Made by a program: the position numbers and the translations under genes
The notes under the pieces: model-generated
Told to the model about the DNA's origin: nothing
Seen by the model: the letters and a program-made list of their open reading frames with translations, nothing else
Databases searched by the model: none
In this document: piece after piece, positions 1 to 7,967 of the stretch
How positions within the stretch are numbered: the first letter of the stretch is position 1
Layout of the letters: each line of letters begins with the position of its first letter
Virus record (IMG/VR): IMGVR_UViG_3300044723_005008
Coordinates: 1 to 26,078 of that record
DNA: 26,078 bases
Origin: a virus
Taxonomy: Duplodnaviria > Caudoviricetes
Direction: 5' to 3' (one strand)

Positions 1-71
1 AATCTGAAAAACGATCTGTCAATCATGATTATGATGAAATTTGGGACGATGATGATGGGTATCCAGACTAA
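1..71 (+). CDS. 3' end of a hypothetical phage protein (partial)
   Basis: The frame from nt 3 reads SEKRSVNHDYDEIWDDDDGYPD* (TAA 69-71). The stop overlaps the next ATG (TAATG). Not in the ORF track. Confidence 0.65.
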   Translation, partial: SEKRSVNHDYDEIWDDDDGYPD

Positions 72-235
72 TGCCAAGTAAAGCAAAAGAACTTATCAAA
101 CTGCTTGAACGTTTAGTAGGGCAGGATCACTTGTACGACAGTGATAAAATTGTAGAGATGAAGAAAGAACTTTATTCTCTCAAACAGCAACTTGCTGAAT
201 ATGAAAAACAAAATTCAAAAGGATTTGGTAAATGA
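71..235 (+). CDS. Small hypothetical protein (54 aa, helical, C-terminal KGFG)
   Basis: Manual translation gives MPSKAKELIKLLERLVGQDHLYDSDKIVEMKKELYSLKQQLAEYEKQNSKGFGK*. It has a TAATG overlap upstream and an ATGA overlap with thyX. Below the ORF-track size cutoff. Confidence 0.75.
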   Translation: MPSKAKELIKLLERLVGQDHLYDSDKIVEMKKELYSLKQQLAEYEKQNSKGFGK

Positions 236-870
236 GCGTAAAACTGATTAGTGTAACTCCAGATGCAGAGCAAACTATGGCATACGTTGCCAGAGTTTCT
301 AATCCTGCAAATCAAGAAAATGAAAACTATGCAGGTCTTCTGCGTTATTGTATCAAGCACAATCACTGGTCGGTATTTGAACAGTCGTTCATGACTTTAG
401 AGATTGAGACTACTCGTGCTATCGCAGCTCAAATTTTGAGGCACCGTTCGTTCACATATCAAGAATTTTCGCAACGCTATGCTGATTCTTCCCTACTCTC
501 GAAGGCGATCCCTCTTCCAGAACTCCGTCGTCAAGACACCAAGAATCGTCAAAACAGTATTGATGACTTGGATCCGTTCGTGGTTCAAAAGTTAGAAATG
601 CAGATGCAAACTTTGTTTGACTCTTCCATGGCACTCTATCAGCAGATGCTTGAGAGAGGTGTTGCCAAAGAGTGTGCTCGCAATGTACTTCCTCTCTGTA
701 CGCCAACCAGAATTTATATGTCTGGTTCTTGTCGTTCATGGATTCATTATATTAATCTGCGTTCTGCAAATGGAACCCAGAAAGAGCATATGCAAATTGC
801 TGAGGCATGTAAAAAAGTATTCATTGAACAGTTCCCAACTGTTTCTGAAGCTTTAGAATGGAATTCCTAA
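232..870 (+). CDS. thyX: Flavin-dependent thymidylate synthase ThyX
   Basis: ThyX signature RHRx7S (RHRSFTYQEFSQRY), plus HWSVFE and ECARNVLP motifs; 212 aa. Confidence 0.97.
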   Translation: MSVKLISVTPDAEQTMAYVARVSNPANQENENYAGLLRYCIKHNHWSVFEQSFMTLEIETTRAIAAQILRHRSFTYQEFSQRYADSSLLSKAIPLPELRRQDTKNRQNSIDDLDPFVVQKLEMQMQTLFDSSMALYQQMLERGVAKECARNVLPLCTPTRIYMSGSCRSWIHYINLRSANGTQKEHMQIAEACKKVFIEQFPTVSEALEWNS

Positions 871-873
871 ATA
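867..873 (+). promoter_or_regulatory. Putative T4-type late promoter (CTAAATA)
   Basis: TAAATA core overlapping the thyX stop, about 25 nt upstream of the ORF at 899. The context ctaaatactaaaaa closely matches ctaaataactaaaaa upstream of gp48. Confidence 0.55.
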
Positions 874-898
874 CTAAAAAACAATAACATCTATTTCA

Positions 899-1261
899 AT
901 GGCGATCTCATATACTTGGGTAGTAAATTACGTAAAGCACTCTAATGCTGATGGTCTTCAGCAGGTCGCTCAGTTTGCGGATTTATCTTTCCTGGCAACT
1001 GAAACTGTTGGTGTAACGACTTATTCTGCAGCAGAAAGATTAATTGTCGAGCTTGCCGATCCAGATCCAGAGAACTTTTCTCAACTATCTTCTCTTACTG
1101 CAGAGCAAGTGCTGTCTTGGTGCCAACCTAACATTGATGCTATTGCTGAAGAAGAGGTTGAGGCAAAAAAAGCAAGACTTGCTTACATTATTGAAGAAAA
1201 GAAAAGAGGTGTAACAGAAGAACTTACTTCTGCTCCTTGGGAACCAGAACCAACTGACTGA
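899..1261 (+). CDS. Hypothetical acidic protein, possibly virion- or fibre-associated
   Basis: 120-aa ORF with YTW at the N-terminus, PDPENF...LTAEQVLSW internally and a terminal PW. I recognise this pattern from small marine-phage proteins, but the function is unknown. Confidence 0.7.
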   Translation: MAISYTWVVNYVKHSNADGLQQVAQFADLSFLATETVGVTTYSAAERLIVELADPDPENFSQLSSLTAEQVLSWCQPNIDAIAEEEVEAKKARLAYIIEEKKRGVTEELTSAPWEPEPTD

Positions 1262-1268
1262 TTAGTAT

Positions 1269-1275
1269 CTAAATA
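1269..1275 (+). promoter_or_regulatory. Putative T4-type late promoter (CTAAATA)
   Basis: TAAATA core in the intergenic gap, about 22 nt upstream of ATG 1298. Confidence 0.55.
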
Positions 1276-1297
1276 TTTTTATCTTGAATTCTTAACA

Positions 1298-1546
1298 ATG
1301 GCAACATATCCAGTTATTAATAAAGAAACTGGTGAACAGAAAGAAGTAATTCTTAGTGTTCATGAGTGGTCTAAATGGTGTGAAGAAAATCCAGAATGGC
1401 AAAGAGATTGGTCTGATCCATCGACTTGCCCATCTTCTGCTGAGGTAGGGGAATGGAAAGACAAGCTCCGTAAGTCTCATCCTGGTTGGAATGATGTACT
1501 TCATAAAGCAAGTCAAGCTCCCAAGTCAACAATTAAAAAACTCTGA
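1298..1546 (+). CDS. Conserved cyanophage hypothetical protein
   Basis: 82-aa Trp-rich ORF (MATYPVINKETGEQKE...GWNDVL) in the usual position between thyX and phoH. Confidence 0.8.
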   Translation: MATYPVINKETGEQKEVILSVHEWSKWCEENPEWQRDWSDPSTCPSSAEVGEWKDKLRKSHPGWNDVLHKASQAPKSTIKKL

Positions 1547-1551
1547 TTCTA

Positions 1552-2310
1552 ATGGCAAGAAGAAAAAGAAGTAATTCCGAACAACCAATTGGTGTCGGAC
1601 TGACGGCAAAACAAATGAAGAGAAAAAAACCTCTTAGTTCTGAATATCTGGTTGATATTGAACCGATCACAGAAAATCAGAAAAAATTATTTGATTCCTA
1701 TGCTGAAGGAAAACAACAAGTTGCATATGGTGTAGCAGGAACTGGTAAAACTTTCATTACACTGTACAACGCACTTTGCGATGTTCTTGATGAAAAATCT
1801 CCTTATGAAAAGATCTATCTTGTTCGTTCTCTAGTTGCTACAAGAGAAATTGGTTTCCTCCCTGGGGATCATGAAGATAAGGCAGACATCTATCAGATTC
1901 CCTACAAGAACATGGTTAAGTACATGTTCCAAATGCCTTCTGATGCAGACTTTGAAATGCTGTATGGCAATCTCAAAGCACAGGAAACTATTAAGTTTTG
2001 GTCAACTTCTTTTATTAGAGGTACAACTCTAGATAATGCAATTATTATCGTTGATGAATTTCAAAACTTGAATTTTCATGAACTTGATAGTATAATGACA
2101 AGAGTTGGTGAAAATAGTAAAATTTGTTTCTGTGGCGATGCTACACAAACAGACCTTATTAAAACCAATGATAAGAACGGCGTTGTCGATTTTATGAAAA
2201 TTTTGAGAGCAATGCCATCATTCGATATTCATGAATTTGGAATTGATGATATTGTCCGTTCTGGTCTTGTTAAAGAGTATCTCATTGCAAAATTAGAATC
2301 AGGTATTTAA
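1552..2310 (+). CDS. phoH: PhoH-family ATPase
   Basis: Walker A GVAGTGKT, REIGFLPGD, FIRGTTLDNAIIIVDEFQN, GDATQTDL and DIVRSGLV motifs. Confidence 0.96.
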   Translation: MARRKRSNSEQPIGVGLTAKQMKRKKPLSSEYLVDIEPITENQKKLFDSYAEGKQQVAYGVAGTGKTFITLYNALCDVLDEKSPYEKIYLVRSLVATREIGFLPGDHEDKADIYQIPYKNMVKYMFQMPSDADFEMLYGNLKAQETIKFWSTSFIRGTTLDNAIIIVDEFQNLNFHELDSIMTRVGENSKICFCGDATQTDLIKTNDKNGVVDFMKILRAMPSFDIHEFGIDDIVRSGLVKEYLIAKLESGI

Positions 2311-2990
2311 TGTTTAATCATGTTGATATTGATCTCCCAGATCTTGAACGGGAGACTATTGATGGTGTAAGGTATTACAAAGTTCCTACAGAAGAAGAAC
2401 TCCTCCGACTGGTCTCCATCACTTCGGTGACCAGTCATTTTAATAAGGAGATTTTTATCAACTGGAGGAAGAAAGTCGGAACCGAAGAAGCAGACCGTAT
2501 TACCAAAGCAGCAACTAGTCGTGGCACAGATATGCACACGCTGGTAGAACATCATCTGAAGAATGAAGACCTACCAAAAGTCCGACCTATCTCAGATTTT
2601 CTTTTTAAGATCTCTAAAGAAAAACTGAAAAATATAAATAATATTTACGCTTTGGAAGGTTCCCTATATAGTAAGGAACTTGGTATTGCTGGAACTGTTG
2701 ACTGTATTGCCGAATACGACGGTGAGTTAGCAATAATCGATTTTAAAACATCTAAGAAACCGAAACCACGAGAGTGGATCGAACACTATTTTGTACAGTG
2801 CATGGCATATGGTTGTATGCTGTACGAACTGACTGGTATTTCAGTCAAAAAACTTGTAATTATCATGGCATGTGAAAATGGAGAATGCGTCGTCTATGAA
2901 GAACGAGACAAATCAAAGTACATCAAACTTCTCAGCAAATATATTAGAAAGTTTGTTAGAGATAAACTGGAGCTCTATGGAACCAAATAA
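2310..2990 (+). CDS. PD-(D/E)XK exonuclease (phage exonuclease A-like)
   Basis: SITSV, RGTDMH, E-x8-AGTVD-x11-DFKTS nuclease core and YFVQCMAY motif; follows phoH as in cyanomyoviruses. Confidence 0.9.
   Translation: MFNHVDIDLPDLERETIDGVRYYKVPTEEELLRLVSITSVTSHFNKEIFINWRKKVGTEEADRITKAATSRGTDMHTLVEHHLKNEDLPKVRPISDFLFKISKEKLKNINNIYALEGSLYSKELGIAGTVDCIAEYDGELAIIDFKTSKKPKPREWIEHYFVQCMAYGCMLYELTGISVKKLVIIMACENGECVVYEERDKSKYIKLLSKYIRKFVRDKLELYGTK
2633..2640 (+). promoter_or_regulatory. Perfect T4 late promoter sequence TATAAATA inside the exonuclease gene
   Basis: Exact TATAAATA, about 340 nt upstream of the gp33 start. Function is inferred only. Confidence 0.4.
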
Positions 2991-3237
2991 AGAACTAGAA
3001 CAAGCTATCGAGAAGAAATTTCTAACACCTTCAAAATTTGCGCTTGAGATTGAAAAAATTGTTGCAGAGGAGTCAATGAACTACATTGATGCAATCTGTT
3101 ACTATTGCGAAATCAACAGTATTGAGGTAGACTCTGTAACGAAACTCATTTCGAAACCTCTGAAGGAACGACTGAAGTGGGACGCTATCCGTCTTAACTT
3201 CATGAAGAAGACTTCAAGGGCAAAACTCCCTCTATGA
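2977..3237 (+). CDS. gp33: Late transcription coactivator gp33
   Basis: FALEIEKIV...NYIDAI...KLISKPLKERL..DA..LNFM pattern. The start is moved from 2872 to ATG 2977, which has GGAG at 2969-2972; 86 aa. Confidence 0.88.
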   Translation: MEPNKELEQAIEKKFLTPSKFALEIEKIVAEESMNYIDAICYYCEINSIEVDSVTKLISKPLKERLKWDAIRLNFMKKTSRAKLPL

Positions 3238-3437
3238 TTTCTCGTGATGAATTAATGCACCATCGCCTTCAGGCATGGTTGCGTGAAAACCAATCAGAAG
3301 ATTTAGCGTACCTTGGGTATTATGAAGATACTCTTGGTATGCTAAAACATTGGTATCTAATCGCTGGCGAACATGAAGTCAGTGTAGATTGTATTGAAGG
3401 ACTTGATTTGGTCGAAGATGAAAGTGACTCCCTTTGA
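3234..3437 (+). CDS. Hypothetical protein (67 aa) between gp33 and gp59
   Basis: ATGA overlap with the gp33 stop; fills the gap to gp59; acidic C-terminus. Confidence 0.7.
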   Translation: MISRDELMHHRLQAWLRENQSEDLAYLGYYEDTLGMLKHWYLIAGEHEVSVDCIEGLDLVEDESDSL

Positions 3438-4014
3438 AACCTACCAACATTATTTGTCATTAAAAAATCATTTTACAAATCCAAAGTATGACTTCTTTAA
3501 ATATGGAGCAAAGACTAGGGCAAGTCTAACTTCTTTTAATAAGCGTAAGGATAAGTATTGGTTTGAAAAGACTTCTCGAAAGTACTCTGACGAAGAAGTT
3601 GTAGATTTTCTTGTATCTAATTTTTCTGCTGCTGACAACCCGCAAAACCTATGGATTGGCGAAATTATCAATTCTGGCGAAAGGACCTACGCCGAATGGA
3701 GGAAAAGGAAACAGAGTTCTACCTACTTGTTCAAAGAACAAAGCAACGAATTGCTCTCTCAGAACGAATTGGAGAGTCTATTCGACTGTTCTCAGGGTCA
3801 TCCGAAGATTCTCAAAGAGTATCTAAGCGGCAGATTGTCGCTAGAAAACTTAGTGATTTACGACAGAATTTTCGGTTTTTCAAAAAGTTTTGATAAAAAA
3901 CTGAATGATCCAGTGTGGGAAACCGTCAGTTTGAAACTAAAAAAATACGGACCATTCATAAATATTGATGTGTTCAACTACAAAAAAATATTAAGGGATC
4001 TAGTAGATGAGTGA
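3418..4014 (+). CDS. gp59: Helicase loader gp59
   Basis: YLSLKNHF...YDFFKY...SFNKRKDKYWFEK signature. The likely start is ATG 3418 (MKVTPFETY). Confidence 0.92.
   Translation: MKVTPFETYQHYLSLKNHFTNPKYDFFKYGAKTRASLTSFNKRKDKYWFEKTSRKYSDEEVVDFLVSNFSAADNPQNLWIGEIINSGERTYAEWRKRKQSSTYLFKEQSNELLSQNELESLFDCSQGHPKILKEYLSGRLSLENLVIYDRIFGFSKSFDKKLNDPVWETVSLKLKKYGPFINIDVFNYKKILRDLVDE
3958..3964 (+). promoter_or_regulatory. Putative late promoter ATAAATA
   Basis: Lies in the gp59 3' end, about 43 nt upstream of ATG 4007. Confidence 0.45.
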
Positions 4015-4339
4015 CTTTTTCAAATCTGATATCATTCAGGAAGAGCTGACAAAAATTAATAAACTACAAGAAAAGATCTATGGTAGTCTTCTTTCTTTTG
4101 GCGGAATGTCAAAGGAAGATAAGATAGAACATATCGACATGTTGCAGACCTTGCTCGAAAAGCAACGAGTGATGTATACTAGGTTGTCCCTTTCAGATGA
4201 TCCAGAAGCGGTCGAAATGAAAGAGAACCTACGCAAGTCGGTTGCCATGATGGGATTCCCACCAGACACTGACATGCAAAATTTATTCAGTAGTATGAGT
4301 GCAACCATCGAATCTCTCAAAGCATACGTTGACGCCTGA
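4007..4339 (+). CDS. DUF1825-like cyanobacterial/cyanophage protein
   Basis: FFKSDIIQEE...RLSLSDD motifs characteristic of DUF1825; sits between gp59 and gp32. Confidence 0.8.
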   Translation: MSDFFKSDIIQEELTKINKLQEKIYGSLLSFGGMSKEDKIEHIDMLQTLLEKQRVMYTRLSLSDDPEAVEMKENLRKSVAMMGFPPDTDMQNLFSSMSATIESLKAYVDA

Positions 4340-4357
4340 GAGCATCCTTGCTATACT
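4329..4357 (+). promoter_or_regulatory. Sigma70-type (early/middle) promoter for gp32
   Basis: TTGACG (4329-4334), a 17-nt spacer and TATACT (4352-4357), with an extended -10 TGn. Confidence 0.85.
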
Positions 4358-4400
4358 ATCCGAGTAAATCCCCCGAATCCAAACTAATCCGAGGTAATCC
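4357..4400 (+). repeat. Phased AATCC repeats in the gp32 leader
   Basis: TATCC at 4357 and AATCC at 4367, 4376, 4386 and 4396 (period about 10 nt). The last two flank the SD GAGG (4391-4394). Confidence 0.75.
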
Positions 4401-4402
4401 AA

Positions 4403-5335
4403 ATGTCTTTCGCAGACCTTAAAAAGCAATCTAAGCTTGGTTCCCTGACCCAAAAACTGGTCAAGGAAGTTGAAAAGATGAACAACAATGGTTCATCTTC
4501 TGGTGATGACCGTCTCTGGAAACTGGAGTGCGACAAGAGCGGCAATGGTTATGCCGTCATCCGTTTCCTCCCTGCACCTAACGGCGAAGACCTGCCGTTC
4601 GTCAAACTGTACTCTCACGCCTTCCAAGGTCCTGGCGGTTGGTACATTGAGAATTCTCTCACCACACTCGGTCAGAAAGACCCCGTGTCTGAGTACAACT
4701 CCATGCTGTGGAACAACGGTACGGACGCTGGCAAAGAAATGGCACGTAAGCAGAAGCGTAAACTGACTTACATCTCGAACATCTATGTTGTCAAGGATCC
4801 TGCAAATCCTGAGAACGAAGGTAAAGTCTTCCTGTACAAGTTCGGCAAGAAGATCTTTGACAAACTGACTGCTGCAATGCAACCCGAGTTCGAAGATGAG
4901 GAAGCAATCGATCCGTTCGACTTCTGGCAAGGTGCTAACTTCAAACTGAAGGCAAAGAACGTTGCTGGTTACCGCAACTATGACTCTTCCGAGTTCGCAC
5001 GTCAGGAAGCACTCCTGGATGATGATGACGCCATGGAAGCAGTCTGGAAGAAGCAGTATTCCCTGCAAGACTTCGTTGCTCCTGAGCAGTTCAAGACCTA
5101 TGAAGACCTGAAGAAGCGCATGGACTATGTGCTCGGTAACAAGGGTACTCCCCGCTTCCAAGACCAGGAAACTGTCGAAGAAGAGCAAGCATTCGAAGCA
5201 GAGCGTCGCGGTCCTGTGCGCGAAATGCCTCAGAACTTGCGCGATGAACTGAACGATCTGCAACCTACTCGTTCCTCTGTCGATGAGGATGATGAGGATG
5301 ATGCAATGTCTTACTTCGCCAAACTTGCTGAATGA
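4403..5335 (+). CDS. gp32: Single-stranded DNA-binding protein gp32
   Basis: DKSGNGYAVIRFLP, HAFQGPGGWYIENS, FGKKIFDK and GANFKLK...YRNYD motifs; acidic tail; SD GAGG. Confidence 0.97.
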   Translation: MSFADLKKQSKLGSLTQKLVKEVEKMNNNGSSSGDDRLWKLECDKSGNGYAVIRFLPAPNGEDLPFVKLYSHAFQGPGGWYIENSLTTLGQKDPVSEYNSMLWNNGTDAGKEMARKQKRKLTYISNIYVVKDPANPENEGKVFLYKFGKKIFDKLTAAMQPEFEDEEAIDPFDFWQGANFKLKAKNVAGYRNYDSSEFARQEALLDDDDAMEAVWKKQYSLQDFVAPEQFKTYEDLKKRMDYVLGNKGTPRFQDQETVEEEQAFEAERRGPVREMPQNLRDELNDLQPTRSSVDEDDEDDAMSYFAKLAE

Positions 5336-5406
5336 GATGGACGTATGAGAGAGCGTGCTTAACGCTCCTCGTTATTGCTACTTATTACAGTCTAATATTC
5401 AGGTAA
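5332..5406 (+). CDS. Putative 24-aa membrane peptide
   Basis: MRWTYERACLTLLVIATYYSLIFR*. It has an ATGA overlap with the gp32 stop and ends just before the terminator. Confidence 0.55.
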   Translation: MRWTYERACLTLLVIATYYSLIFR

Positions 5407-5411
5407 ACGCT

Positions 5412-5437
5412 AAGGGGAGACTAGTTCTCCCCTTTTT
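5412..5437 (+). terminator. Intrinsic terminator ending the gp32 unit
   Basis: Stem AAGGGGAGA / TCTCCCCTT with a 5-nt loop CTAGT and a T run, at the junction of convergent genes. Confidence 0.88.
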
Positions 5438-6093
5438 CATGGGGACTTGATGTTTGGATTTGTAGTTCTGATTAGAGTTTTGTTGATGTACTCAGAAGAT
5501 TTGGTGTACTTCATGATAGACTTGAAGTCATCAACGAATGTTTCAACGTAACTTGGTTTTAGGATTCTGAGACGACGTTTTTCTTCATTAACCTCTGTCT
5601 CGTAACTAAAGTTAGTTACTGGAGTTACGACTTTACTTTGTGCTAGATTTAGTAGAGGATTTGCTGGATCTGGAATAGTAAAGTTACCATCGACAATTTT
5701 TCCAGCAGGAAGAATTAATCTATTGTTACTATCTCTAATCTCTTTAGTAACATAGTGCTTGACCGCATTAAGCTCCGTCCCATATTTTTTAGAGGCATAA
5801 TTATACAGTTCGTAGTTTGACAGGGGCCATTCATTTCTGAGGTTAATGATCCCAGCACTTATAACTACAACCCAATCATAATTTGGATTTCCATAAATTT
5901 CTTCAGCAACAGCATCTGGACGCGCACCATCTCTTATGATATAGTTGTTGAATAAAGTGAATACGTTCTTTAGGTCATCTCTTAGTTTTACTCTACGAAA
6001 TAAATTCTTCACCCTAATAAAGTCTAGGGAAGAATTCTTATCATTAAGAAATGATGGATATTCAATGTCTGGAATTTCTCTAAAGTAACTCAT
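5437..6093 (-). CDS. gp53: Baseplate wedge protein gp53
   Basis: YF..IP.I.Y start, LysM-like RPDAVAEEIYG..YDWVV...EWPL, YETEVNEEKRRLRILKP motifs. Confidence 0.9.
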   Translation of the reverse strand: MSYFREIPDIEYPSFLNDKNSSLDFIRVKNLFRRVKLRDDLKNVFTLFNNYIIRDGARPDAVAEEIYGNPNYDWVVVISAGIINLRNEWPLSNYELYNYASKKYGTELNAVKHYVTKEIRDSNNRLILPAGKIVDGNFTIPDPANPLLNLAQSKVVTPVTNFSYETEVNEEKRRLRILKPSYVETFVDDFKSIMKYTKSSEYINKTLIRTTNPNIKSP

Positions 6094-7133
6094 TAGTAAC
6101 CTACTCCTCCTTCTCCTTGTCCTTGACTATAATCTCCGCTGTAAATAGCAGTAAGTTCTGAAAATCCTAGTGTTAATTGCATATGAACAGGTGTTCCGTC
6201 ATCATAGGTTGCGTAAGTATTGGAACCCGTATAGTTGACTGCCATCCCTGTCAACGCCATGATTTTAAATCTATTTAAGAATGGGTGCATATCTGCTCCA
6301 CTCATATATTGCAATTTAAAAACTTTTGGAGACTTTAAAAATACACCACTGACAGTGTTGGCAGTATCTCTAGTAGGAGACATATTTATTTTCAAAGTTC
6401 TAATAATCTCTTTTACCGTATCTGCTTCTTTTTTATTTCTTGGAACAATGTCCCATCCAAACTGAAAAGTTCTGCCAACTGTAGAATTGAATAGTAACTG
6501 TTGGTTTGGGTTGAGTGATATACCATTACTTCTACCAACTACTGCACCAACACTTGATCCTGCAAGAGCATTTGCAGCTAAACCCGCAGCATATCCAGAT
6601 ACCAGATTTTGTGCTGCTTGTCCGCCAACTTTTAAGACAGATTTTTTGATGTTATCTAGTTCACCACCCAAATTTTTAAAAGATTCTCCAAGATCAGCAT
6701 TTTCTGCACCTTTTAAAAAAGCGTTCGCTGCTACAGCAACGCCTTGTGCTATTGGATTTAGTCCTCCAGCTTCCCAACTTGCAGAATTAGTATCAGCAAC
6801 ACCTTCTGGTATTGGTAATATTATTGTTGCTAAATTTTTATCTTTTCCAGTTTGTTGAGCTTCGTCGCTTGTTCTTAATCTTAATGAACCTCCACCACCA
6901 GCAAATTCTAAACCTGGAGGTGTAAATTCAAATATTTGTATTTTCAGGTAATCGTCAGATTTATCTAATTTCGTAAAAGGATATCTCAGTATCTTGGCAC
7001 CTTCGGTCCCAGACGTGCTGCCAGCTTTTTCCGAATTATTTTTAGCAGTTTCTGAAGCGGGTTTTGTTGATCCGCTATAGTTTTTTCCAAGTCCCTTTTG
7101 CCTGGATATTTCTCTTGGATCTTGTACTGCCAT
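6093..7133 (-). CDS. gp48: Baseplate tail-tube cap gp48
   Basis: LRYP, IILPIP, NPNQQLLF...RTFQF...PRN..EA and DDGTPVHMQLTLGFSE motifs. Confidence 0.88.
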   Translation of the reverse strand: MAVQDPREISRQKGLGKNYSGSTKPASETAKNNSEKAGSTSGTEGAKILRYPFTKLDKSDDYLKIQIFEFTPPGLEFAGGGGSLRLRTSDEAQQTGKDKNLATIILPIPEGVADTNSASWEAGGLNPIAQGVAVAANAFLKGAENADLGESFKNLGGELDNIKKSVLKVGGQAAQNLVSGYAAGLAANALAGSSVGAVVGRSNGISLNPNQQLLFNSTVGRTFQFGWDIVPRNKKEADTVKEIIRTLKINMSPTRDTANTVSGVFLKSPKVFKLQYMSGADMHPFLNRFKIMALTGMAVNYTGSNTYATYDDGTPVHMQLTLGFSELTAIYSGDYSQGQGEGGVGY

Positions 7134-7146
7134 TTATAGCAACTTT

Positions 7147-7500
7147 TTAGTTATTTAGACGCTTTTTTCCATATGATAATCTTTTAGCATCTTCAAGTTC
7201 TTCACCATCATCAATGTTGTATGTTCCTCCAACAATTTCTGGGAAAGTATACTGTCTGAAACCTGGCCAATGATAATTCAAACCTCTAAATCCCCATGAG
7301 AATACTTCAGTAACTGCAACTAAAGGAAATTCATCATATTGAATGTTTGGGGTTTTGGGGGAATATACAAAAGTATAATATTTTCCGACTTCTGGTACTG
7401 ATTGGGATTCAGCACCCAATGCTTCCATAACGTCTTGCATTGTATCGTCAGGATCTTCTCCGCCGATTTTCTTTCTTACCAGGTTCGATAAGCGACTCAT
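7147..7500 (-). CDS. gp2-like (DNA end-protector domain) protein
   Basis: GKYYTFVYSPKT...YDEFPLV...GFRGLNYHW resembles the T4 gp2 core. The likely start is ATG 7500, overlapping the gp4 stop (ATGA); 117 aa, shorter than T4 gp2. Confidence 0.6.
   Translation of the reverse strand: MSRLSNLVRKKIGGEDPDDTMQDVMEALGAESQSVPEVGKYYTFVYSPKTPNIQYDEFPLVAVTEVFSWGFRGLNYHWPGFRQYTFPEIVGGTYNIDDGEELEDAKRLSYGKKRLNN
7152..7158 (-). promoter_or_regulatory. Putative late promoter CTAAATA for gp48
   Basis: The minus strand reads ctaaataactaaaaa, about 19 nt upstream of the gp48 ATG. Confidence 0.6.
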
Positions 7501-7931
7501 ATCCCTAATTCGATTTCGGTAATAACTTTGAATTCCCAACCACGATCAGCACAATATTCTCTTGCTGCTGCCCATTTCGATTGATTCTTGGCATACTCAT
7601 ATGCTTCTCTAAGATAACCTTTTGTTTGTCTTTGAGGTTTCTTTGGAGGAACCGTTTGCTTCTTTGGTTTGATCTCAATTAGATACTTTTTGATTGTGTT
7701 GTTTGACTCCTTTATCTTAATATAGAAGTCTGGAAAGTATCTATGAACTCTTCTATCAACAGGAGAGCGATATGGTACAATAATTTCTTCGCTTCCCCAT
7801 TCTAAAATGTTTTCATTCAGGTCACAGTATCTCATGAACTTTCTTTCCCAAAGAGACCTGTAAATAATGTTGGTTGGATCTCCTTTGTATTTTTTTGGAA
7901 ATGATGGTTGATATTTTCCTGAATATGCCAT
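7497..7931 (-). CDS. gp4: Head completion protein gp4 (TnsA-like nuclease fold)
   Basis: MAYSGKY.P..PKKYKGD...YRSLWERKFM...HRYFPDF...EIKP..Q...NQSKW motifs. Confidence 0.95.
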   Translation of the reverse strand: MAYSGKYQPSFPKKYKGDPTNIIYRSLWERKFMRYCDLNENILEWGSEEIIVPYRSPVDRRVHRYFPDFYIKIKESNNTIKKYLIEIKPKKQTVPPKKPQRQTKGYLREAYEYAKNQSKWAAAREYCADRGWEFKVITEIELGI

Positions 7932-7966
7932 CTAAATAACAATAACGAATCATACTAGGTATTTAG
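7932..7966. promoter_or_regulatory. Pair of face-to-face late promoters for divergent operons
   Basis: CTAAATA on + (7932-7938) and CTAAATA on - (7960-7966) within a 36-bp intergenic gap. Confidence 0.7.
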
Positions 7967-7967
7967 T

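Noticed and set aside
2872-2976. ORF-track N-terminal extension of gp33 (and similarly 3394-3417 for gp59 and 7501-7539 for the gp2-like gene)
   Set aside because: The extensions overlap upstream genes, and better starts exist at 2977, 3418 and 7500.
2310-2990. Cas4/CRISPR association of the nuclease
   Set aside because: There are no arrays or other cas genes and no evident four-Cys Fe-S pattern. This is the standard exonuclease next to phoH.
4493-5263. 256-aa antisense ORF opposite gp32
   Set aside because: It shares the gp32 codon register and has no recognisable motifs or SD. It is explained by the strong codon bias of a highly expressed gene.
7497-7931. TnsA-like transposase or homing endonuclease
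   Set aside because: The motifs and synteny match core gp4; no terminal repeats or partner genes are present.
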